From Gemmatimonadota bacterium (lineage in GTDB: Bacteria > Gemmatimonadota > Gemmatimonadetes > Palauibacterales > Palauibacteraceae): 64,000 nucleotides of DNA. This document shows, in pieces, positions 47,632 to 55,619 of this stretch. Positions within the stretch are counted from its first letter, which is position 1. The number at the start of each line of letters is the position of its first letter. A program made the position numbers and the translations under genes. The notes beneath the pieces were generated by a model that worked only from the letters and a program-made list of their open reading frames with translations, had not been told where the DNA came from and did not search any database. The stretch lies in NCBI GenBank assembly GCA_963666735.1, contig OY762926.1:2624001-2688000 (forward strand), given 5' to 3'.

Positions 47632-48120
47632 ATGTCCTGCTTCAACTACTTCCAGAGGTCCGCAGTATTCGTCACGCGGGTCGTCGCCCTGCGGGTGCCG
47701 TCTGTCACCGCCACCACGCCGGGAGCACCGCTGTTCCGCCGAATCGTGGCCTCGGTGCTCGTTGCCACGATAGCAGTTCCTTCGCTGGCAAATGCTCGCG
47801 AACTCCCCGAGGACGAGGGACTGGAGCACGCTCTGCCACCCGCGGCAGCTCCCGTTGCCCAAGCGGGCATGAGTCTCAACGGCTGCCCTTCGCTAAACGG
47901 AGTCCCCGGGGCGGGAGGCTGCGTGACGGTGTGGCTGACGTGGGACGTCGCCATGAGTACGCCGGGCCCCGTCAGCGTCACCATCACCTTGCTCGAGCGT
48001 CGGATCGAATGTGTAAGCTGCGACTGCATATGGACCTACGAGGACAGCAATGGGCATCTGCGGCTCTTGCGGGACACGTGGCTTGACTGCGGAAGCAGCC
48101 ACGACGACGACTTGATGTGA
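47632..48120 (+). CDS. Small secreted Cys-rich protein (six Cys in the mature part)
   Basis: RBS GGGAGG; signal-like RRIVASVLVATIAVPSLANA; GTGA overlap with the propeller gene. Confidence 0.7.
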   Translation: MSCFNYFQRSAVFVTRVVALRVPSVTATTPGAPLFRRIVASVLVATIAVPSLANARELPEDEGLEHALPPAAAPVAQAGMSLNGCPSLNGVPGAGGCVTVWLTWDVAMSTPGPVSVTITLLERRIECVSCDCIWTYEDSNGHLRLLRDTWLDCGSSHDDDLM

Positions 48121-49264
48121 AGTCGATTCTCCGAAATGGCACGGTCGCGGTAGCACTCACGTTCCTCGCGGTGGCATGTGGGGACGGGGGCGGCGAGGTG
48201 GATCCGATAAGGGTGGCCGGATACCGCGTTTGGATACCCGGCCCGCTCGTTGAGCGGTACCCCCCGGACCCACACGACCTTCAGGCGGAGGACATCGTTG
48301 AAGGCGGCCTGGATCTTGCGGTGGGTGTAGGGGAGGGGGAAGGGATATACGTCCTCGATGCGGGGGCGAGGCACGTCCTGCGCCTGGACGGTGACGCAAC
48401 GCTGCAAGCCGTGATCGGCCGTCCCGGTGGTGGCCCCGGAGAGTTAGGAGCGCCGGTCTCGATCGAGGCGGACCTGCGGGGTGGTGTTTGGGTGGCGGAC
48501 AGGCAACACCATCGGCTGTCGCGCTTCGATTCAGACGGAGAACTCCTGGAGGAAACGCCGGTACCCTCGACGGTGCGTGGCTTCACGGTGCTGCCGAACG
48601 GCACGTTGCTGTACCGCAAGTTTGAGAACGGGGTGGCCACGCTGGCGCTGCACTCGGGGCGAGGGGCCGTGGATCTAGCCGCGGATCTTCCGGCGGAGTT
48701 GGCGCCGCAGGACTTGGCCTCCTACCTGGCTGAGTACGACCTTGAGTTTGCAGTGCTCGCCCCGGACACCGTCATCGCTTTCCGGAATTCGGGTCTTCGC
48801 GCCTACGGGGCATGGCGGATGGCGCTCGACACCTCGTCAGCTCGGATCACCGACATCGCCCGGGTGCCCATGCCCGTTTGGCTCTCAGAGGCGATTCGCG
48901 CCCAAGCGGAGGAAATCGAAGCATCCGCCCCCGAACGGGCCGAGGGATTCCGCCATCCGCTCGCAGATCGATCATCCCGTTCTCCAGGGGCGCGCGTATG
49001 GCCTCAGGCGATTTCTGGATCGTGCCGCATGTCATCGGCGGCACCGTGACTGCCACGACGATCCCTCTCCTGTCGGGCGATTCCGTTACCATCGTCCTAC
49101 GGTCGAGACCCTTGCGGGAGATAGATCGTTGCAACGGCAAGGTGGACTATGCGGTGTTCGGGGAAAGGTTGGCGATGCTCTGCAGCGACGAATTGCGCGT
49201 CTATGCGTTGCAGCGCGTCGAACCGGAAAGGTTGCCATTCGATACGAACCCGGCTGACGGGTGA
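48117..49264 (+). pseudogene. Six-bladed beta-propeller/NHL lipoprotein with a frameshift near 48950-48970
   Basis: Lipobox AVAC, IYVLDAG, IGRPGGGPGEL, VWVADR; the C-terminal blades continue in the frame of ORF 48812-49264, whose TGA overlaps the next GTG. Confidence 0.72.
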
Positions 49265-49920
49265 GGGAGGACCGGCTCCCAACCCGAACCCTCCCCCTCT
49301 ATCGGCGTCTTCTGCTGCTGCTCTTGAGACCGGGGCGTCTCTTCACGATGCTGCGGGAGGAACCCGTTTGGAAGGATGCGCTCGCGTGGCAGGTTCTTCT
49401 TGGCGCGCTGCTCTCCATCGCAGCGGCCATCGACACGCTCCCTCGCGTCTTCGAGTTCGGATCCGTGGCCCCGGTCGCCAGCCTTGCGACCCTTGGCATC
49501 GCCGCGGGGCTCGCCGTCTTGGTGGCCAGCCTCGCTGTTCCGCTGTTCTACGCTTCGGTGGCGGCCGTCCTGTTCATCGGCGTGAGATTCGTCATGCGGT
49601 GCGCCGTGTCCTTCGCCGAGATCTTCAGCGCCACGGTGCATGCGGCGTATGTCCTGCTCCTGGGCAGAATGATCACGTCGCTCCCGCCTCTTTCCGGGGC
49701 ATCTCTCATGGGCCCTCCGCAGCTTGGCTTTCGGCAACCCGCTCCCGACACCTCTTTCGGACCCTTACTGGTCGCGGGAGTCGTGGAGGCAGCGTTCTTC
49801 GCGCTGTTGGGCGTTGCGTTATGCCGGGTTTGTGGCCGTCGCCGGGTCGCCGTGGCGGCTGCGTTGGGAATTGCACTCTACGTGGCGACTATCGCGCTGA
49901 CGTTCGTGTTCCGGCTTTAG
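49261..49920 (+). CDS. Yip1-like membrane protein
   Basis: LLLRPGRLFTMLREEPVWK N-terminal motif, about five TM helices. Confidence 0.65.
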   Translation: MREDRLPTRTLPLYRRLLLLLLRPGRLFTMLREEPVWKDALAWQVLLGALLSIAAAIDTLPRVFEFGSVAPVASLATLGIAAGLAVLVASLAVPLFYASVAAVLFIGVRFVMRCAVSFAEIFSATVHAAYVLLLGRMITSLPPLSGASLMGPPQLGFRQPAPDTSFGPLLVAGVVEAAFFALLGVALCRVCGRRRVAVAAALGIALYVATIALTFVFRL

Positions 49921-49925
49921 AGTCT

Positions 49926-51047
49926 TCAGACGCGGGCGTGCCAGGCGGCGAGGACCTCGGCTTCCAGCTCGGCGGGAAGGCCGGCCACGGGGGCGGCGCG
50001 GCGCGCCTCGGGGAGCGAGTTCCACCACTCGACCGTGTCGCGGGCGGTGTCCGCGAGGGGACGGAAGGTGAGCCCTGCCTGCATGGCGGCCGCCACCGCA
50101 ACCTGGTTCATCCCGACCGTCTCCCCTTCGGGCGGCGTCCAGTTCGTCATGTGGCCCCACGGCGCCACCTCGTGCTCGCGCATGAACTCCGTCGACACCC
50201 AGGTGAAGGTGGCGTCGGCGCCGAGGGCACCCCGGATCTCCTCCAGCATGTCGCCGAACTGCTGCACCTCGCCCGTCGCGTTGTACGTACCTCCGTTCCC
50301 GGGCGTCTCGACGAGGCGCACGATCCACTCGGAGAGGTCGCGGGCGTCGACGTTCTGCACCGGATCGGCGGGGGTGTTGGGGGCCAGGACCTCGCCGCCG
50401 CGGCCGACCCGCACCGGCCAGTAGGTCCAGCGGTCCGTGTTGTCTCCGGGCCCGATGATGAGCCCCGGGCGCACGATGATCGCGTCCTCGCCGAAGGCGT
50501 CGCGCGCGTACGCTTCGCAGCGCGCCTTCCTCGGCCCGTACGCGCCGTCGTCCTCGGCCTCGTCCGGGGACAGTTGTCCGACGTGGTAGTCCTCATCGAT
50601 CCCGACCGTGGCGAAGTCGGCGTAGGCGGAGATGGACGAGACGAAGAGGTAGCGGTCGACCTGGTCGCGCAGGAGTTCCGCGGTCGAGGCGACCCAGCTT
50701 GGGTAGGAAGCGGAGTTGTCGATGACGGCGTCCCACTCCCGACCCTCGAGCGCGGACAGGTCGCTCGTCCGGTCGCCGATCAGGTGTTCGACGCGCTCGA
50801 AGTAGTCGTGATAGAAGGGCGGTTCGGTCTGCCCGCGCGTGAAGATCGAGATCTCGTGGCCCCGGTCGATCGCGTACTTCACCTGGTGAGGGCCGATGAA
50901 ACGGGTCCCGCCCAGGATGAGGATGCGGAGAGGCCGGTCGGCGGCGCCCGCGCAGGCGGCGGAGCCGAAGGCGCCGAGTACGCCGAGCGCGCCACCGGCG
51001 CGGGCGGACGTCTGCACGAACTCTCGGCGGGTCTGGTTCCATGTCAT
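49926..51047 (-). CDS. Tat-exported NAD-dependent epimerase/dehydratase-family protein
   Basis: TRREFV Tat motif; ILILGGTRFIG, FVSSISAY, YGPRK, RPGLIIGPGD. Confidence 0.9.
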   Translation of the reverse strand: MTWNQTRREFVQTSARAGGALGVLGAFGSAACAGAADRPLRILILGGTRFIGPHQVKYAIDRGHEISIFTRGQTEPPFYHDYFERVEHLIGDRTSDLSALEGREWDAVIDNSASYPSWVASTAELLRDQVDRYLFVSSISAYADFATVGIDEDYHVGQLSPDEAEDDGAYGPRKARCEAYARDAFGEDAIIVRPGLIIGPGDNTDRWTYWPVRVGRGGEVLAPNTPADPVQNVDARDLSEWIVRLVETPGNGGTYNATGEVQQFGDMLEEIRGALGADATFTWVSTEFMREHEVAPWGHMTNWTPPEGETVGMNQVAVAAAMQAGLTFRPLADTARDTVEWWNSLPEARRAAPVAGLPAELEAEVLAAWHARV

Positions 51048-51102
51048 CGTGATCTGCCCTTTCCTGTGCTTTCCTGCCTGTGCTTTCCCGTGCTGTCTTC
51101 CG

Positions 51103-52311
51103 TTATCTCTCTTCGGGGCGCGGCCCGGACCAGCCGTATGCGTGCGCGACGGTGATCGCGATCTCGGCCGCAAGCTCGCCCCCCGAGTCGGAGTTCGTCA
51201 TCACGAAGACGCCGTCGTCCCCCTCGATGTACGCCGCGAACGTGCAGCGGAACCCCTGGTTCGAGCCGCCGTGCCGAAAGCGTTCGCCGTCCTCGGAGAT
51301 CGCGGGGCCCAACCCCCAGTCGTCCGCGTCGGGCGTCAGCATCTCGCGGGCGAGCGCCTCTCCCAGCACGAGGTCCGACTCGCCCCTCCACGCGCGCTGC
51401 ATCTCGCGGGCGTAGAGCGCGAGTTCGCTCGGCGTCGTCCACAGGCCGGCGGCCGCCTGTTCGGGATAGGTGTGCCGCCCGCCCGGGACGCGCTCGCCGT
51501 CCGCCCGGTAGCCCGTCGCGATGTCGTCCTGCCGCTCGGGCGGGATCGGCTGCTCGTACGTCGAGCGCGACATCCCGATCGGGTCGAGGACTTCCTCTCG
51601 CATGACGGTGGCGAACGGCGCGCCGCGGACGTCCGCTACGAGTTGCTGCATCACGGTGTATCCGCCGCCGGAGTAGCGCCAACTCTCCCCCGGCGCCTTG
51701 TAGACGCGCACGGGGTCCGTGTTGCCGCGGCCATCGAGGACGCCCGACCCGTCCGGCGCCTCCTCATCCGGACCGTAGCCCGGGAAGCCCCACACGGTGA
51801 GGCCGGCCCGGTGCGTGAGAAGCCCTCGCAGGGTGACGGGCGCCCCCTCCGTGAACTCGTTCCCCGGCAACCGCCAACTCGTGAGATGGGCGTTGACATC
51901 GCCATCGAGATCGACGCGGCCCGATTCCACGAGCCGCAGGGCCGCGAGCGCCGCCACGGGCTTGGAGATGGACGCGGCCTGGAACAGCGTGTTCGGCGTC
52001 ACCGGGCGACCCGACTCGACATCGGCGAGTCCGTAGCCGCGGGCCCAGGCGATCTCGCCGTCGACCAGGACCGCAACGCTGACGCCGGGTACGCCCAGTT
52101 CGGCCATGCGGTCGGCGAGCGAGCGTCGCGCGACGGGCGCGCCGCGAATCGTGAAGGTCGGCAGCAGCGCCGACTCGACGAGCGCCTGCGGGGATCCGTC
52201 CGCCGCCCCCACCGGCAAGGATCGGTCGGGCGTGGACGGCGGCGCGCACGCGAGCGCGGACACGAGCGCATACATCGTACAGGCGATGAGGGCGGTCCGG
52301 GCTGCGTTCAC
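51103..52311 (-). CDS. Serine hydrolase (class C beta-lactamase-like) lipoprotein
   Basis: Lipobox ALAC; FQAASISK, LLTHRAG, YSGGGY, HGGSNQGF. Confidence 0.9.
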   Translation of the reverse strand: MNAARTALIACTMYALVSALACAPPSTPDRSLPVGAADGSPQALVESALLPTFTIRGAPVARRSLADRMAELGVPGVSVAVLVDGEIAWARGYGLADVESGRPVTPNTLFQAASISKPVAALAALRLVESGRVDLDGDVNAHLTSWRLPGNEFTEGAPVTLRGLLTHRAGLTVWGFPGYGPDEEAPDGSGVLDGRGNTDPVRVYKAPGESWRYSGGGYTVMQQLVADVRGAPFATVMREEVLDPIGMSRSTYEQPIPPERQDDIATGYRADGERVPGGRHTYPEQAAAGLWTTPSELALYAREMQRAWRGESDLVLGEALAREMLTPDADDWGLGPAISEDGERFRHGGSNQGFRCTFAAYIEGDDGVFVMTNSDSGGELAAEIAITVAHAYGWSGPRPEER

Positions 52312-55100
52312 GGTCCCTTCCCGAATTTGCAGTCGTACCAGCTGCGGCCGATGCCGAGATCGACGCGCAGGGGGACCGTCAGTTCGATAGCCCCCTCCAT
52401 CTCCTCGCGCACGATCCGGCCGATGGCTTCAACCTCGGCCTCCGGGGCCTCGATGAGCAACTCGTCGTGCACCTGCAGGAGCATGCGGGCCTCGGTTTCC
52501 TCGAGACGTTCGTGCAGGCGGATCATCGACACCTTGATGAGGTCCGCCGCGGATCCCTGGATGGGAGAGTTCGTCGCGGTCCGTTCGCCGTAGCCGCGAA
52601 TCCCGGGGTTCCTGGACCGGATCTCGGGGATGTACCGCCGACGCCCGAACAGCGTCTCGACGTAGTTCCGGTCCCGCGCCACTTCCTTCATCTCCTCGAG
52701 GTAGGCCGCGACGCCCGCGAACCTCTCGAAGTATCCGGCGATGAACTCGCCCGCCTGCGTCCGTGAGATGCCGAGTTGCTGGGCGAGCGCGAACGGACCC
52801 TGGCCGTAGATGGTCGCGAAGTTGATCGTCTTCGCCTGCTCGCGCATGGTCGGCGTCACGTCATCCGCCTCGACGCCGAAGATCCGGGCTGCGGTCTCCC
52901 GGTGGATGTCGCGCTCCGCCCGGAACGCTTCCACGAACGCCTCATCCCCGGAGAGATGGGCCATCACCCGGAGTTCGATCTGGGAGTAGTCCGCCCCCAC
53001 GAACCGGTGGCCGGGGGCGGCGACGAACCCCTTCCGGATCTCGCGCCCCAGGGCGCGCCGGATCGGGATGTTCTGGAGGTTCGGGTCCGAGGAGGAGAGT
53101 CGGCCCGTCGCGGCGACGGTCTGGTTGAAGCGGGTGTGGATGCGCCCCTCGGCGTCGATCAGCCTCGGGAGCACCTTCACGTACGTGCCGTCCAGCTTGT
53201 CGAGTTCCCGGTGTTCGAGGATGAGGCGCGGCAGATCGTGGCCCATGGCCGCGAGTTGTTCGAGCACGGACTCGTCCGTCGAGGGACCGGTCTTCGTCTT
53301 CTTGAGGACGGGCAGCGCGAGCTGGTCGAAGAGAAGCGCCCGCATCTGCGGCACGGAGCGGAGGTTGACCTCGGTCCCGGCGATCTTGTGGATCTCCGAG
53401 CGCACGGCGTCGAGATCGCGGCGCAGGCGGTCCCGGAGATCGCCGAAGAAGTCGAGGTCGATCGCGATGCCGGCCCGCTCCATGCTCGCGAGGACCGTGA
53501 CCAGCGGCATCTCGACCTCGCGGAAGAGGCGGCCCATGCCCGTGCGCACGAGGTCGGCTTCGTCGACCTTCGCGAGGCGGTGCAGGAGGGCGGCGCGGGG
53601 GCCGGCCCATTCGGCGGCTCGCGCGGGCTCGACCGATGCCACGGGCAGACGGTTCCGTCCGGTGCCCGTGATGGCGTCGCCCGTCTCGAGCGCGACGCTC
53701 AGGCGATCGGGGCCGAGGGTGGAGAGGGCGCGGTCGCGGCGGGCCGGATCCAGGCAGTAGGAGGAGATCCGCGTGTCGAACGAGCCGTCGGCGTCGAGAC
53801 CCCCCAACTCGACGCCGTGCCGGCGCAGGAGCTGGGCGGCGTACTTCAGATCGTGCCCGAGTTTCGGCGTGTCCGAGGCCAGCAGGTCGCGCAGGCCTCG
53901 CATGCCGGACGACGTCAGCTCCGGCAGGCCGACGGTCTCGCCCGCGTCGAAGGCGAGCGTCGGGTTCCCCGCCGCATCGTGCTGGACTTCCGGGGCCCGG
54001 TGTCCGAGGGGCAGGTAGAAGGCGCGGTCCTCGGAGGCGGCGAGCGCCAGGCCGACGAGGTCGGCGCTCAGCGGGTCGTCCGAACTGCCGGCCACGAACA
54101 GCCCGATCCGCGGTACTCCGGCGCATGCGGCCAGCACGTCGCCCAGCCCGTCCGTGCCGGCCACGACGTTCACCCGCGGCGCGTAACGCTCGGCTTCGGT
54201 CGCCGGAGCCTCCAGTTCCCTGAGCAGGTTGTGGAATTCCAGTTCGCGGAAGACGGACGCCGCCTTTTCAGTGTCCAGCGTCCGGGACCGGAGGCTGTCG
54301 AGATCCAGGCTCACGGGCGCATCGGTCCGGATCGTCACCAGCTGCCGGGAGCGCCGCGCGTCATCCGCATGCTTGAGGAGCGCGTTGCGCGCTCGCGCGG
54401 CCGTGATCTCTTCCGCGCGCGTCAGGATCGACTCGAGGTCGCCGAACTGCCGGATGAGGGCGGGCGCCGTCTTCTTCCCGATGCCGGGCACGCCGGGGAC
54501 GTTGTCCGACGAGTCGCCGAGGAGCGCCAGGAAGTCGGTCACGCGCTCCGGCGGCACGCCGAGCCGCTCCTCCGCATTGTCCGGCGTCACCCACACCTGA
54601 TCCACGCCGGCGGGTCCGCCGCGCCCCGGATTGAGCAACGCGGTGCGATCGTCTACGAGCTGATGGAAGTCCTTGTCTCCGGAGACGATGACGGTGTTCA
54701 GACCGCGGCTTGCGGCCTCCTGCGCGAGGGTTCCGATCACGTCGTCCGCCTCCCACCCGTCCGCCTCGATCACGGGCACCCGGAAGGCGTCGAAGACCTC
54801 CCGGCACCTGGGGAGGGATGCCCGGAGTTCGTCGGGCATCTTTTCTCGCGTGGCCTTGTATTCCGGGTAGATGTCGGTGCGGAAGCTGTCGCCGGCATCG
54901 AACGCGACGCCGAGATAGTCGGGTGCGTGATCGCCGATCAGCCGCATGAGGAAGCGGGCGATGCCGTACGGAGCCGACGTGTTCTCGCCGCTCGAGGTGG
55001 TGAGCGGCCGGTTGATCATGGCGAAGAACGCGCGGTAGATGAGCGCGTAACCGTCGAGCAGGAAGAGCGACGGACCCGCGGCGTGTGACGGCTTCACCAT
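52308..55100 (-). CDS. polA: DNA polymerase I
   Basis: LLDGYALIYRAFFA, EADDVIG, GDSSDNVPGV, TGRLSSSDPNLQNIP, DYSQIELR, KTINFATIYG, QVHDELL. Confidence 0.98.
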   Translation of the reverse strand: MVKPSHAAGPSLFLLDGYALIYRAFFAMINRPLTTSSGENTSAPYGIARFLMRLIGDHAPDYLGVAFDAGDSFRTDIYPEYKATREKMPDELRASLPRCREVFDAFRVPVIEADGWEADDVIGTLAQEAASRGLNTVIVSGDKDFHQLVDDRTALLNPGRGGPAGVDQVWVTPDNAEERLGVPPERVTDFLALLGDSSDNVPGVPGIGKKTAPALIRQFGDLESILTRAEEITAARARNALLKHADDARRSRQLVTIRTDAPVSLDLDSLRSRTLDTEKAASVFRELEFHNLLRELEAPATEAERYAPRVNVVAGTDGLGDVLAACAGVPRIGLFVAGSSDDPLSADLVGLALAASEDRAFYLPLGHRAPEVQHDAAGNPTLAFDAGETVGLPELTSSGMRGLRDLLASDTPKLGHDLKYAAQLLRRHGVELGGLDADGSFDTRISSYCLDPARRDRALSTLGPDRLSVALETGDAITGTGRNRLPVASVEPARAAEWAGPRAALLHRLAKVDEADLVRTGMGRLFREVEMPLVTVLASMERAGIAIDLDFFGDLRDRLRRDLDAVRSEIHKIAGTEVNLRSVPQMRALLFDQLALPVLKKTKTGPSTDESVLEQLAAMGHDLPRLILEHRELDKLDGTYVKVLPRLIDAEGRIHTRFNQTVAATGRLSSSDPNLQNIPIRRALGREIRKGFVAAPGHRFVGADYSQIELRVMAHLSGDEAFVEAFRAERDIHRETAARIFGVEADDVTPTMREQAKTINFATIYGQGPFALAQQLGISRTQAGEFIAGYFERFAGVAAYLEEMKEVARDRNYVETLFGRRRYIPEIRSRNPGIRGYGERTATNSPIQGSAADLIKVSMIRLHERLEETEARMLLQVHDELLIEAPEAEVEAIGRIVREEMEGAIELTVPLRVDLGIGRSWYDCKFGKGP

Positions 55101-55209
55101 GCGTGGCGCCGCCGCGCGGCGTTCACGGGCTGTCGGCGATGGTCAACATGGCATCTATGTATGGCCGGGGGGCGGTCCGTGGCAAAGCCCGGTGACAACC
55201 CGCTGACAG

Positions 55210-55240
55210 AAAAAAACGCCCCGCCGGGCGGGGCGGGGCG
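55210..55240 (-). terminator. Intrinsic terminator of the cold-shock gene
   Basis: 9-bp stem CGCCCCGCC/GGCGGGGCG, 6-nt loop, T7 tail on the minus strand. Confidence 0.85.
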
Positions 55241-55266
55241 CGTGAAGCTCCGGCTGTGGCGTCCGG

Positions 55267-55473
55267 TCAGGCGGTGCGCACGACGCGGGTCGCATGCAGG
55301 CCCTTCTCGCCCTGCGTGAACTCGTAGTCCACTTCCATCCCTTCCACGAGCGTCTTGTACCCGTCCATATCGATGGAAGAATAATGCACGAAAACGTCAG
55401 CGCCGCCGTCGGGCTGCTCGATGAAACCGTACCCCTTGGAGTCGTTGAACCACTTTACCGTACCTGATGGCAT
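55267..55473 (-). CDS. Cold-shock protein
   Basis: GTVKWFNDSKGYGFI, DVFVHYS. Confidence 0.96.
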   Translation of the reverse strand: MPSGTVKWFNDSKGYGFIEQPDGGADVFVHYSSIDMDGYKTLVEGMEVDYEFTQGEKGLHATRVVRTA

Positions 55474-55619
55474 CCTGCCTCCTGCGAGCCTCGGTGATGG
55501 GTGTTGCGGGCGCGTCGCGCGGCTGGCCGTGCATCGTGTTTCGCTCCGCCGGACATGAGAGAAAACCTATGCTATGGGAGCAATTTGGATGCGTCAACAC
55601 GTCGCCGGGGACGGTCGTT

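Noticed and set aside
33369..49920. Integron gene-cassette array explanation for the propeller cassettes
   Set aside because: No attC-like GTTRRRY/RYYYAAC inverted structures or integrase seen; cassettes have their own promoters and are interspersed with core genes.
51055..51100. Short tandem CCTGTGCTTTCC repeats
   Set aside because: Two to three imperfect copies in a small intergenic gap; no spacers, not CRISPR, probably slippage.
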